Assembly (NCBI GenBank): GCA_964521095.1
Contig: CAZFPJ010000001.1
Span: 132,149-196,148, forward strand
Reading direction: 5' to 3'
Length of the DNA: 64,000 nt
DNA from: an uncultured Candidatus Saccharibacteria bacterium
GTDB lineage: Bacteria > Patescibacteriota > Saccharimonadia > Saccharimonadales > 2-12-FULL-41-12
The translations under genes and the position numbers were made by a program. How positions within the stretch are numbered: the stretch's first letter is position 1; each line of letters starts with the position of its first letter. Of the stretch, positions 1 through 8,951 are shown in pieces. The notes beneath the pieces were generated by a model. It searched no databases. It was not told the DNA's origin and worked only from the letters and a program-made list of their open reading frames with translations.

Positions 1-1
1 A

Positions 2-766
2 GATAAAAAACCAGAAGTAGTTTATGCCGAAACTGTTGGCAACGGCCCAGGAACACCAGTGTTGGACTATAGGCTACTGCTTGACGCAACTCGCGACGAC
101 GGATGTTCGCCGGTAGTAATATTGGACAACACACTACCACTTAGTACCGGACTACCATTAGCAGAACATTTGACGGAAGACGATAAAGTAATAGTGGTAG
201 AGAGTGGCACAAAGTCGTACACTCAAAACGCCGAAATATCTGGGATTGCATACACCAAGCACCCAGAATTGCTTAAACAGTTCAAAACACTAAGGCGCGA
301 AAAAGGATCTATCCCAGGCGTTGGCAGTACAGAACGAATCAACTTACTCTTGCCAGAGTCAAAACGGTCTTTTGATAGTCGCAACAGAGATTTATTTAAA
401 AACACAGCCATCTTAGCTCGAATTCTAGAAGAAATAAGCATTGATAGAAAAGATTTCCATGTAACTAACCCCAGTCTTCAAAGTCATGATAACTTTCAAC
501 TAGCAAATGAACTCGGTCTGCCCGATGGTGGTTCGCCCGTACTTTTCTTGCAACCAACAACCCCCGATACACATATAGATCTTACGCAAGCTCTTTGGCA
601 GAGTCCTGAAGTGCGACAGCACGCAGAGTTGGGTCAAAGTTTTGGTTTTGATAAAACTCGAATTCTGTACGACGATCGTTCCGGAACTGTGCGAATATCT
701 GGCGGGGCAGATACCGATGCAGAAGCTTTAGGTCAGGCGTTTAGGCAAGCTCTGAGCGAGGAATAA
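2..766 (+). CDS. Cys/Met-metabolism PLP-dependent enzyme (trans-sulfuration family), C-terminal part; 5' end lies outside the window
   Basis: The frame is open from position 2. The translation ...VVYAETVGNGPGTPVLD...VVILDNT...DKVIVVESGTKSY resembles the PLP-lysine region (xxHSATKY) and preceding strands of cystathionine gamma-synthase/beta-lyase-type enzymes. Confidence 0.5.
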   Translation, partial: DKKPEVVYAETVGNGPGTPVLDYRLLLDATRDDGCSPVVILDNTLPLSTGLPLAEHLTEDDKVIVVESGTKSYTQNAEISGIAYTKHPELLKQFKTLRREKGSIPGVGSTERINLLLPESKRSFDSRNRDLFKNTAILARILEEISIDRKDFHVTNPSLQSHDNFQLANELGLPDGGSPVLFLQPTTPDTHIDLTQALWQSPEVRQHAELGQSFGFDKTRILYDDRSGTVRISGGADTDAEALGQAFRQALSEE

Positions 767-1343
767 CAGTAGCCCCAATTTGCACAAATAACTCCTCGTT
801 GCCACTAAATAGGTGGTCGGCTTCTGGTATATAATTTATGCAGTTTCCGCTTTTAGTTTGGCATAGTTTTTCTGCAAAGCTTTGTCGACTAGGTGAGTCG
901 TCTCGTCCAGCATAGATGTCCAGCGTTCCACGAAACTTCAAAAACCCCTCAAGCACAGCTTCTGGTTCAAACCCCGGGTCTGGGTTTATAAGTGTTAAAC
1001 CCTTTACCAGAGGGTACTCATGCGCAAACTGGGCCAAGTTACGAGCTCCAGCAGAAAAACCCAAAGCATAGACACTAGAATGGGTGCTAATAGATCCTTT
1101 TGCCAGGTCGCTAGCTTTACCAAGAGCCAGCCTGGCATTCTTTTCTTCAGATTCTGGAGGCCAAAGCTTATCATCATAAATATTCGAACATTGAACAACG
1201 CTGGCGCCCATGGCTTTTAGTCTTTCGGCAACCTGGTCGTATCTAGTATCTCCTTCTTTCTCGCCAGATACATTGGCGCCCATTCCAGGCAAAATTAGTG
1301 CTATCGGCTTTGCTACACCCTGATACTCAATCTTGTATTCCAT
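741..1343 (-). CDS. alpha/beta hydrolase (dienelactone hydrolase/esterase-like)
   Basis: 200 aa with a GFSAGA nucleophile elbow (G-x-S-x-G), a downstream Asp/His region and a small single-domain size. Confidence 0.5.
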   Translation of the reverse strand: MEYKIEYQGVAKPIALILPGMGANVSGEKEGDTRYDQVAERLKAMGASVVQCSNIYDDKLWPPESEEKNARLALGKASDLAKGSISTHSSVYALGFSAGARNLAQFAHEYPLVKGLTLINPDPGFEPEAVLEGFLKFRGTLDIYAGRDDSPSRQSFAEKLCQTKSGNCINYIPEADHLFSGNEELFVQIGATVIPRSELA

Positions 1344-1386
1344 AGTGCATAGATTGTATCAATAAACTATTGCTTAAACACAAGCG

Positions 1387-3048
1387 CTAAAAGTGGTCGC
1401 GAACATGGCTAAAGCTGTAATCCCAAGTAGCGTTAGCCTTTTTGTGAGGATTAAAGATGTGGTCTGGGTCAAAGATGTCCTTGGTTTGCTTAAATAGATC
1501 AAGCACTTCTTTGCCATACATCTGCTCTAGCCAAGGCCCACGCACCAATCCATCGTTGTGCTCGCCAGACAGCGAACCTTTATAGTGCAAAACCAAGTTA
1601 TTAACCTCGCGCATGGCCGGCTCCAGCTTGGCGCGGTCTTTTGGATCTTCCAATTGCATCAATGGTATAACATGAAAGTTGCCGTCGCCCATATGCCCAG
1701 CCAGCGTTGCAAACAGCCTGTACTTTTTGATAATCACTTCTAGCTTTGGCAAAAACTCCGACAAATGCTCTGGATTTACAATAAAGTCGTCGATAAACGG
1801 AGCCGTATGCTTCTCTTTAACTTTCTCGCGGAGCAATTGAAAGCTGTACCTACGCATAACCCAAAATTTTTGGGCACTTTCATCTGTTGGCAGTGCTTCG
1901 AATCCACTAATGCTGTACTCTCGTCGGACTTTTTCTAGCTTATTCTGAAGAGTTTTAACCTTTTCAAAAATTTCGGCGTCGCTGTCGCCCTTGAACGACA
2001 CCATTAACACCATTTTTGGCCGTTTGGTTAGTTGCAAGCCGTCGGGGATTAGGCTAAAAACTAGCCTAATAAACTTACGCCACCCCAGGATTTTTAGAAA
2101 GTTGGGCATAAACCGAATAGACAGCCACAGCGTTTTGTTGTCAAATGCTTCAAATCGCGAGGGTTTGTGCTTGACCACTGTGTCTATTAGCCCACCCAGG
2201 TTGTCTGTGTCTTTCAAAAATATTACCAATAGGCCACCTTCGGGGCGGGCCTTTACTACCTTAAAGTCGATGTCTGTTACTAGGCCAAGGGTTCCTTGGG
2301 CGCCTACAATTGCTTTGGTTATGTCAAAAATACCTTTTTCTTTATCCCAGACATCCCACAAATGGTATCCAGTAGAGTCTTTGCTGACATTTGGTTTGGC
2401 AGACTTAATCTTGTCGTAGTTCTTGTCGACCAGTTCAAAAAGCTGTTTGTACACCTTGCCTTCAAATGTTTTTAACGCCATTTTCTTGTCTAACTCGGCT
2501 TTAGTAAGTGGTTTTACCTCGCGCTCTACTCCGTCGGCAAAGACGAATTTTAGGCTATTTATAAACAAATCGGTTTTGCCAAACTCTATGGATTTTTCGC
2601 CTCCAGAGTTGTTGTTGACCATGCCTCCAACCGTGCAGAGGTCACGACTAGCCGGGTAGGGAGGTAGTAAATACCCCAAGTCCCGCGAGGCTTTGTCAAA
2701 GTCTCTATAAAACACTCCGGGTTGAGTCTTGGCAGAGCCACCTTTAATAACCCCAATTTCGTTAAAACACTTCTTAAAATCTACAATAATAGAGTCGTTT
2801 ATAGCCGCCCCCGACATATCTGTGCCAGCGCTTCGGGCCGTTAGGCTAAGGCGCGGATTGTCTTTTTTGAGTTTTGCAACAACAGAGGTTAGTATCTGCA
2901 CATCTTTAGAGTTTCTTGGAAAAACAACAACTTCTGGGCGGATCTCGAACAAAGAGGCATCGTGACTATAAAAATCACGAGTTTTGGTACTAGTGTCTAT
3001 GTCGCCACTAAAACCAGCTGACTGGATAGCCTCAATTATTTTTTTCAT
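1387..3048 (-). CDS. FAD-linked oxidase (PCMH-type FAD-binding domain; GlcD/D-lactate dehydrogenase-like)
   Basis: 553 aa. The N-terminal VVFPRNSKDVQILTSVVAKL...SAGTDMSGAAI matches the FAD_binding_4 signature, and the C-terminus matches the FAD-oxidase C-terminal domain. Confidence 0.6.
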   Translation of the reverse strand: MKKIIEAIQSAGFSGDIDTSTKTRDFYSHDASLFEIRPEVVVFPRNSKDVQILTSVVAKLKKDNPRLSLTARSAGTDMSGAAINDSIIVDFKKCFNEIGVIKGGSAKTQPGVFYRDFDKASRDLGYLLPPYPASRDLCTVGGMVNNNSGGEKSIEFGKTDLFINSLKFVFADGVEREVKPLTKAELDKKMALKTFEGKVYKQLFELVDKNYDKIKSAKPNVSKDSTGYHLWDVWDKEKGIFDITKAIVGAQGTLGLVTDIDFKVVKARPEGGLLVIFLKDTDNLGGLIDTVVKHKPSRFEAFDNKTLWLSIRFMPNFLKILGWRKFIRLVFSLIPDGLQLTKRPKMVLMVSFKGDSDAEIFEKVKTLQNKLEKVRREYSISGFEALPTDESAQKFWVMRRYSFQLLREKVKEKHTAPFIDDFIVNPEHLSEFLPKLEVIIKKYRLFATLAGHMGDGNFHVIPLMQLEDPKDRAKLEPAMREVNNLVLHYKGSLSGEHNDGLVRGPWLEQMYGKEVLDLFKQTKDIFDPDHIFNPHKKANATWDYSFSHVRDHF

Positions 3049-3137
3049 ACAACTCTATCTAGCTTAAACCGGTTTGATGCTTTGGACAAGATGCTTACGG
3101 TTTACAACCCGCTAATGTATAATCAAAACTAATTAAT

Positions 3138-4337
3138 ATGCGAAAAACGAATATACTTATCGTCGGTGGGGGCTTTGGAGGGGTAAAAACTGCGCTGGAA
3201 TTATGTCAGACACCCAATTTTCGGGTGACTCTTTTATCTAACAAGCGCAACTTCGAACACTATCCAACGCTGTACCGTACCGCTACTGGGGGCAGGAGGG
3301 CTATCTCTAGTATTCCCTTAAGCGATATTTTCGGGGGCAAAGATGTCGCAATAACCTATGGAACCGCCAAAAAGCTAGATCGCCAAGAAAAATTTGTCAA
3401 AACTAGTGCCGGAGAGAAGCTAAGCTACGATATTGTGGTTTTTGCGCTTGGCGTAGTTACCAACTACTTTGGCATTAGCGGACTAAAAGAGTACTCTTAT
3501 GGCATCAAGTCGCTAAGCGACGCCGAGGAATTGAAAAGACACCTACATAAACAGCTAGTTACCGAGGGCAAACCAGACCTCAACTATGTAGTCGTGGGCG
3601 GTGGGCCAACTGGCATAGAACTAGCTGGCGCTTTGCCATATTATCTAAAGCAAACCATCAAAAAACATGGCCTAAAGAACCGCAAAGTCCATGTAGACCT
3701 GGTAGAAGGCGCTCCTAGGCTCATGCCACGCATGTCCGTAGCTTCGTCGCGGGCTTTTGCAAAGCGCCTCCGCAAGCTTGGAGTCAAACTGTATCTTGGC
3801 AAGCCAGTTCAGGGCGAAACCTCTGATGCACTAATGGTCGGTGGCAAGCCAATCCGTTCGCACACCGTTATTTGGACCGCCGGCATGGCCAATAACCCAT
3901 TTTTTGCTAACAACAATTTTGCTGTTACCCCCAACGGAAAAGTGCAGGTAGACCAACACTTACAGTCGTCTCCCGGAGTTTTTGTTATAGGCGACAATGC
4001 CAACACCAAATATTCTGGCATGGCACAAACAGCCCTTTACGACGCCATATTTGTGGCAAATAACATCAAAAGAAGCAATCTAGAACACAAAGAACCCAAA
4101 AACTACAAGCCAAAAAGGCCTGTTGCCGTAACTCCTGCTGGGCCATACTGGGCAGTCGTATCTTGGGGTAAAATAGAGTTTTATGGCTGGCTAGGCTGGG
4201 TTATGAGGCGCGGAGCAGACTGGTTGAGCTACAAAGACATATCTCCTTGGTGGAAGGCTACAGAGCTTTTGCTTGCGTCCGAAGATCAGGAAGACGCTTG
4301 TACTACTTGCGCCAAGCACGACAAAACTATGGCGTAA
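3138..4337 (+). CDS. ndh: type II NADH:quinone oxidoreductase (NDH-2)
   Basis: The N-terminal ILIVGGGFGGVKTALEL and a second VVVGGGPTGIELAGAL are both dinucleotide-binding motifs. Length is ~400 aa, typical of NDH-2. Confidence 0.7.
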   Translation: MRKTNILIVGGGFGGVKTALELCQTPNFRVTLLSNKRNFEHYPTLYRTATGGRRAISSIPLSDIFGGKDVAITYGTAKKLDRQEKFVKTSAGEKLSYDIVVFALGVVTNYFGISGLKEYSYGIKSLSDAEELKRHLHKQLVTEGKPDLNYVVVGGGPTGIELAGALPYYLKQTIKKHGLKNRKVHVDLVEGAPRLMPRMSVASSRAFAKRLRKLGVKLYLGKPVQGETSDALMVGGKPIRSHTVIWTAGMANNPFFANNNFAVTPNGKVQVDQHLQSSPGVFVIGDNANTKYSGMAQTALYDAIFVANNIKRSNLEHKEPKNYKPKRPVAVTPAGPYWAVVSWGKIEFYGWLGWVMRRGADWLSYKDISPWWKATELLLASEDQEDACTTCAKHDKTMA

Positions 4338-5637
4338 GTCGATTTATGTCGCGTGGGAACAGGGTGGCTTCTTTGACATTGTTTAGGCCAATTATCTTTT
4401 GGGTTAGGCGCTCTAGGCCCATGCCAAAACCACCGTGTGGAGGCAAACCGTACTTAAATGCTTGCAGATAATACTTAAAGCCCTCGGCTTCTGGATCGCC
4501 CTTGGCTATGGTTTTGAGCTGTTCTAGCAGTACAGAGTAACGGTGTTCACGCATACTAATGGTAGCTATCTCGACACCCCGAAAGATCAGGTCTGCTCGT
4601 TCGGCAAGTTCGGGGTTTTCCTCGGATTTTTTGTGATAAAACTTCATCTCGCTAGCTGGCCAATCCACCACAAACACTGCTTCACTACCGTATTTTTTGG
4701 CTGAGTAGTCAGTTATCCAGCGCTCTTCGTCTGGCCTTAGGTCTTTTTCGCCCTTGGTGTCTGTGCCGGTTGCTTTGGTGTACAGCTCGTGGATCTCCTC
4801 CAGGCTCATGCGAGGAATCGTATCAGGCAACAATACCGGCTTGGCGCGTAGGCTCTCTAGCTCTGCTATTTTATCTTGCCACACGCTTACACAAACAGAC
4901 TTCAAAAGCCCCTCTACAGTGTCCAACAAGCCGTCAAAGTCAACAAAGCCCATCTCGGCATCGATATGAATAAACTCCGTCATGTGCCGAGTTGTAGCAC
5001 TCAGCTCTGCCCGATAAGTTGGGTTAATCTCATAAGCTCGCTCAAACACGCCAACCATAATCTGCTTATAAAACTGTGCACTCTGGGCCAGCGTTGCCTC
5101 TTTGCCAAAATAATCTAGCTTAAACACCTCTGCGCCACCTTCGGTAGCTTCTGGCAAAAGCTTGGGCGAGTTAAACTCTGTAAAGTCCTGCGCATGAAAA
5201 TACTGCCTAGCAGACTCTTTTACGCTAGCTTGTACCTTAAAAATGTTGGTTTCTAACACATTTCGCAGGCCAATCACTCGGTACTCAAACAAAGTGTCCA
5301 GGTTTTCAGACTTGTGGTTGAGCGGTTTGTCTATCTCTATTGGTGGCTCGTCGGTAACGGGCACCAAGACTTCTATGACTGGTTCATGTACTTCCACTCC
5401 ACCAGGAGCACGGTCGTCTTTGGTGACTGTACCTTTTATTCGCAACACCGTGCCAATCTGCAGGCCACGAAGTTTTTCTACTTCGTCTTTGTCTTTAATC
5501 AGTATCTGGGCCAGGCCACTACGATCTCGCAAATTAATAAAAGTCAGCCCACCAAGCAACCGCTTTTTATGCAGCCAACCTTCTATAACTACAGGTTTAT
5601 CAATGTGTTCGGGTAATTGTTTTGTCAAAATTCTCAT
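4327..5637 (-). CDS. aspartyl/asparaginyl-tRNA synthetase (class IIb)
   Basis: 436 aa with an N-terminal OB anticodon-binding fold and class II motifs (FRGVEIATISMREHRY, GLPPHGGFGMGLERL). It cannot be assigned to AsnRS versus archaeal-type AspRS from sequence alone. Confidence 0.75.
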   Translation of the reverse strand: MRILTKQLPEHIDKPVVIEGWLHKKRLLGGLTFINLRDRSGLAQILIKDKDEVEKLRGLQIGTVLRIKGTVTKDDRAPGGVEVHEPVIEVLVPVTDEPPIEIDKPLNHKSENLDTLFEYRVIGLRNVLETNIFKVQASVKESARQYFHAQDFTEFNSPKLLPEATEGGAEVFKLDYFGKEATLAQSAQFYKQIMVGVFERAYEINPTYRAELSATTRHMTEFIHIDAEMGFVDFDGLLDTVEGLLKSVCVSVWQDKIAELESLRAKPVLLPDTIPRMSLEEIHELYTKATGTDTKGEKDLRPDEERWITDYSAKKYGSEAVFVVDWPASEMKFYHKKSEENPELAERADLIFRGVEIATISMREHRYSVLLEQLKTIAKGDPEAEGFKYYLQAFKYGLPPHGGFGMGLERLTQKIIGLNNVKEATLFPRDINRLTP

Positions 5638-5739
5638 GTATTAGCCTTATTATACAATTAAAAAATCATAATTAACAGATAAAGCCGTGCTATGACTATT
5701 AACTTTATTAATCGAGCAAAAATTGCTACACTTAATCAG

Positions 5740-7407
5740 CTATTTACGGTAAAAATAATTATCGATAATGGGATGTGGCCAAGTGGTAAGGCACCTGGTT
5801 TTGGTCCAGGCATTCGGGGGTTCGAATCCCTCCATCCCAGCCATTTTCAGGAAAAGTTTGGAATTGTCGCTCTCACGAGCGATTTTTTCATTTGTAGATT
5901 TCAATTCTTGCCACAGGCAAAAACCGCTTTCCGCCCCCTTTCGGAAAGCGGTTTTTGAGCCAGCCCCGACAGCTTTTTTATCGCCAACGGCGATGAGGGT
6001 TTTACCTCGCATTGCGAGGTTCGAGCCAAAGATTTCCGACAAAACGGCTTTTTGTCCGTTGTAATCGTTGGTATCAACGATTTTACAGATAGATTGTGCG
6101 GTTTCCAGCCAATTTCGCATAGGTTCTAACCAAGAATTTTGGTTAGCTTGTAGATTAGCCAAACTTTCCTCTAAACTTTTCTTTTCGCTCAAAATCTCCG
6201 ATTTTTTCGCCAAAAAAGTTTGGCGGTCAATGTCTTGGTCTAAATAACTGTCTAGCAAAATCTTTTGTTTGCTGTTGAGCCGGGCAATCTCGTCTTTTAG
6301 ATTTGCTACGGCGGACACGTTGTCCGCATTTTCGGCTTGCTCGTCCTCTGCCATTTTATTGGTCATAAAATTATACACTTTTTCAGACATGGCATAGTCG
6401 CTGAGCAGCGCCGAAATCTGCGGTAACAAATCTTTTTCACGAATTGCTGGCTCAACGCATTTAATGGCTTTGTTTTTGCGAGAGCAGCGATAATACGTCC
6501 AACTATGTATGTTGCCGTTTGCCTGCGTTTTGGTTTTTGTTTCGGCTGTTATTGCCATACCGCAACAAGCACAGCGTAGAACGCCTAAAAACGGAATTGG
6601 TTGCTTGGTTTGCGGTTTCTGGTGTCCTCGCTGGTCAATAACCACTTGGACTTTGTCCCATAGCGACTTTGACACGATCGGCTCGTGCCGACCCTCGTGG
6701 AGTTCGCCGTTATAGATAAAATGTCCGTAGTAAAAAGGGTTTTGTAAAATGCTTTTTACTTTGTCGTCCTTAAATAATTTTCCGCCACTGGTAATTGCTC
6801 TGTTTTCTTGTAAAAAATCGGCTATATCTGCCATTGTTTTATCGCCACCAGCGTATAGCTCAAACATTTGTTTCACAAGTGGTGAATACCGCTTGTCTAG
6901 AATAATTGTTTTTATGCGAGTGTCATTTAGGTAGCCGAACGGAGCGATAGACGGAAAATCACCGTTGCGGACTTTTGCCCTTAAACCTCGCTTGGCGTTT
7001 TCGCTCAAATTATCTACATAATACTTGGACTGACCAAACATAATAGACAACATAAACTTACCTTGACTGGTGTTCTCAAACTGGAAAATTGGAAAACGCA
7101 GATAATTGAGCGATGTTTGGTCTAACAAATAGATAATTTGTCCGCCGTCAATGGAGTTGCGAGCCAAGCGGTCGGGGTGCCACGCCAAAATGCCGTTGGC
7201 TTCGCCATTTTCAATTCTTTTAATCATAGAATTGAAAATTGGTCGTCCTGGATTTTTGGCGGTGCGTTTTTCTATAAATTCGTCAATAACCATTAAATGA
7301 TTATCTCTCGCAAACTTGCGGAGTTCCGCAAGTTGAGCGTCAATGCTCAAAACCTGCTTATCTTCCGTATCGGTACTTTTGCGAGCATACAAGATATATT
7401 TTTCCAT
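5740..7407 (-). CDS. large serine recombinase (resolvase/integrase family)
   Basis: The N-terminus MEKYILYARKSTD...QLAELRKFA is a resolvase catalytic domain with the nucleophile Ser in YARKST. It is followed by a recombinase domain, a Cys-x2-Cys...C zinc ribbon and a long coiled coil. A strong RBS (AAGGGGG) precedes the ATG at 7407. There is no stop in the unique DNA; the last ~84 codons run through the inverted repeat and antisense of tRNA-Gln. Confidence 0.85.
   Translation of the reverse strand: MEKYILYARKSTDTEDKQVLSIDAQLAELRKFARDNHLMVIDEFIEKRTAKNPGRPIFNSMIKRIENGEANGILAWHPDRLARNSIDGGQIIYLLDQTSLNYLRFPIFQFENTSQGKFMLSIMFGQSKYYVDNLSENAKRGLRAKVRNGDFPSIAPFGYLNDTRIKTIILDKRYSPLVKQMFELYAGGDKTMADIADFLQENRAITSGGKLFKDDKVKSILQNPFYYGHFIYNGELHEGRHEPIVSKSLWDKVQVVIDQRGHQKPQTKQPIPFLGVLRCACCGMAITAETKTKTQANGNIHSWTYYRCSRKNKAIKCVEPAIREKDLLPQISALLSDYAMSEKVYNFMTNKMAEDEQAENADNVSAVANLKDEIARLNSKQKILLDSYLDQDIDRQTFLAKKSEILSEKKSLEESLANLQANQNSWLEPMRNWLETAQSICKIVDTNDYNGQKAVLSEIFGSNLAMRGKTLIAVGDKKAVGAGSKTAFRKGAESGFCLWQELKSTNEKIARESDNSKLFLKMAGMEGFEPPNAWTKTRCLTTWPHPIIDNYFYRK
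5769..5843 (+). tRNA. tRNA-Gln (anticodon TTG)
   Basis: 75-nt cloverleaf with U1:A72, acceptor TGGGATG/CATCCCA, a GCC/GGC D-stem like E. coli tRNA-Gln, anticodon loop TTTTGGT (anticodon TTG), T-loop TTCGAAT and a 3' GCCA. Confidence 0.8.
5841..6003. repeat. inverted repeat A (left copy), 163 bp, perfect reverse complement of 7566-7728
   Basis: Checked base by base: RC(5841-6003) is identical to 7566-7728. It starts at the CCA of tRNA-Gln. Confidence 0.9.
5920..5957. terminator. bidirectional rho-independent terminator inside inverted repeat A
   Basis: Perfect 14-bp stem AAAACCGCTTTCCG/CGGAAAGCGGTTTT with an 8-nt loop, flanked by an A-run on one side and a T-run on the other. It lies downstream of tRNA-Gln. 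Confidence 0.6.
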
Positions 7408-7442
7408 TTTTACCCCCTTAAAACTTAAAAAGCCGACCTGGT

Positions 7443-7522
7443 GCAACACAATTCAGATAAACTAAACTGTTCCAAGTCGGCTTTTTAAGCCAAGAAAAAA
7501 GTTTATCTATAAATTGTGTTGC
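7443..7522. promoter_or_regulatory. palindromic element upstream of the recombinase start
   Basis: GCAACACAATT-CAGATAAACT ... AGTTTATCTA-TAAATTGTGTTGC is a ~21-bp imperfect inverted repeat with ~40 bp spacing. It lies in the 5' region of the recombinase gene and is a candidate operator or accessory site. Confidence 0.35.
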
Positions 7523-7565
7523 CCTTTTATTATACGACTTTTGCTCGGTTTTGCGTTAGCAAAAC

Positions 7566-7728
7566 AAAACCCTCATCGCCGTTGGCGATAAAAAAGCTGT
7601 CGGGGCTGGCTCAAAAACCGCTTTCCGAAAGGGGGCGGAAAGCGGTTTTTGCCTGTGGCAAGAATTGAAATCTACAAATGAAAAAATCGCTCGTGAGAGC
7701 GACAATTCCAAACTTTTCCTGAAAATGG
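7566..7728. repeat. inverted repeat A' (right copy)
   Basis: Reverse complement of 5841-6003 (163/163). Confidence 0.9.
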
Positions 7729-7847
7729 CTCACTTATACGAGTTTGCCCGAACCTATTTTGCGACCAAATGCGAGAAATGAGATTTTCGGCGGGTCGGGT
7801 CGGGGGCGACCCGCCGAACTGCTTCACAGATTTTTTGTCCACCTGAA
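7729..7847. repeat. inverted repeat B (left copy), ~119 bp, reverse complement of 8833-8951
   Basis: RC(8833-8951) matches 7727-7845 with no mismatch seen. It is contiguous with repeat A'. Confidence 0.85.
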
Positions 7848-7859
7848 TTTCATTAAATA

Positions 7860-8387
7860 TTGTATAATTTACTCATGAATAAAAGTCATCAACAAGCAAA
7901 ACGACTAACCACGAAAGATGTACAGCGTATGTCTAATGATGAGATCATCAAGTATGTATATCTTGAGCATAAAAGATTGAAAATGCCCGTTGAAGATGTC
8001 TGGGAACAACTTATTGATAATTTTGGAAAGCAAACTATAAGCGATATGCTCGGCGGCAGCGAAGATTCCTTGAATAGTACTGAAAATTTTGACGGTGATT
8101 CAAAATTCGGAGCGATAATTATGGTCTATGCTATTGTTTTTGGGATTATTTGGTTCATTTTTAACAGTCTTATGAATAATAAGTTTGAAGCAATGCAATT
8201 TGCTATCGTTGTTTGTGGTATCGCATCAACCTTAATCACCATATTGTTCATGAATGCTACCGGTAAAAATGAGAGAAATTATCTAAATGCTGTAAGTAAA
8301 ATACAAAGAGCCTACTCCGTATATATAAACAAAGGCTTCAACGATCTAATGGGTAGACCATTAGACTATGTAAAAGATGACAACTAG
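7860..8387 (+). CDS. hypothetical membrane protein (two predicted TM helices)
   Basis: 175 aa with a hydrophilic N-terminal ~90 aa followed by two hydrophobic helices (IIMVYAIVFGIIWFIF and FAIVVCGIASTLITILF). It overlaps the next ORF by 11 nt. Confidence 0.4.
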   Translation: MYNLLMNKSHQQAKRLTTKDVQRMSNDEIIKYVYLEHKRLKMPVEDVWEQLIDNFGKQTISDMLGGSEDSLNSTENFDGDSKFGAIIMVYAIVFGIIWFIFNSLMNNKFEAMQFAIVVCGIASTLITILFMNATGKNERNYLNAVSKIQRAYSVYINKGFNDLMGRPLDYVKDDN

Positions 8388-8829
8388 GCATTATCCGTCA
8401 TTCGTCAATGACAAAACAGATGAAGATAAGCTAGCAAACATAATAGTCAGCACATCTTTGCTAGATGAGGTTTTGTCCCTGTGGCTAACTAATCATTTTT
8501 TGAAGATTGATGGCACAAAAAAGAACGAGAATGATAGAGATATTCTTGAGAAGTTAATTTTAAGCAAATTAGGTTTTAGGCAGAAAAGCGAAGTGGTCTG
8601 TAAATTGCTGAATAGCAATTCTAGCCCAGTAAAATTGAAATCAAATTTATTTAGAATTGGCGAGATAAGAAATCAAATAGCTCATAATACTGGTTGGCTC
8701 GGAATACCTAATAACATAAAAGAAGTCTACAGCGAGTTTGATGGGTTAATGGTAGAGCTAGAAAGCTTTATAGAACTAACTTATTCTGAGTTTCAGCATG
8801 ACATGGATCATGCATATAATCCCCAATAG
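8377..8829 (+). CDS. hypothetical protein with an HEPN-like R-x4-H motif (candidate toxin/abortive-infection effector)
   Basis: 150 aa, predicted mostly alpha-helical, with GEIRNQIAHN (R-x4-H) in the C-terminal half. It appears co-operonic with the upstream membrane protein and both lie between the perfect inverted repeats B/B'. Confidence 0.3.
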   Translation: MTTRHYPSFVNDKTDEDKLANIIVSTSLLDEVLSLWLTNHFLKIDGTKKNENDRDILEKLILSKLGFRQKSEVVCKLLNSNSSPVKLKSNLFRIGEIRNQIAHNTGWLGIPNNIKEVYSEFDGLMVELESFIELTYSEFQHDMDHAYNPQ

Positions 8830-8832
8830 AAA

Positions 8833-8951
8833 CAGGTGGACAAAAAATCTGTGAAGCAGTTCGGCGGGTCGCCCCCGACCCGACCCGCCGAAAATCTCAT
8901 TTCTCGCATTTGGTCGCAAAATAGGTTCGGGCAAACTCGTATAAGTGAGCC
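8833..8951. repeat. inverted repeat B' (right copy)
   Basis: Reverse complement of repeat B. It ends in GTGAGCCA, giving AGCCA at 8948-8952. Confidence 0.85.

Noticed and set aside
5692-6064. Plus-strand ORFs 5692-5958 and 5768-6064 overlapping tRNA-Gln and repeat A
   Set aside because: They are translations of a tRNA gene and a terminator-containing repeat, with no RBS.
7410-7449. Upstream in-frame start for the recombinase (MLHQVGFLSFKGVK-)
   Set aside because: The strong RBS AAGGGGG is positioned for the ATG at 7407, and the resolvase domain conventionally begins M-x-x-x-I/V-x-Y-x-R-x-S.
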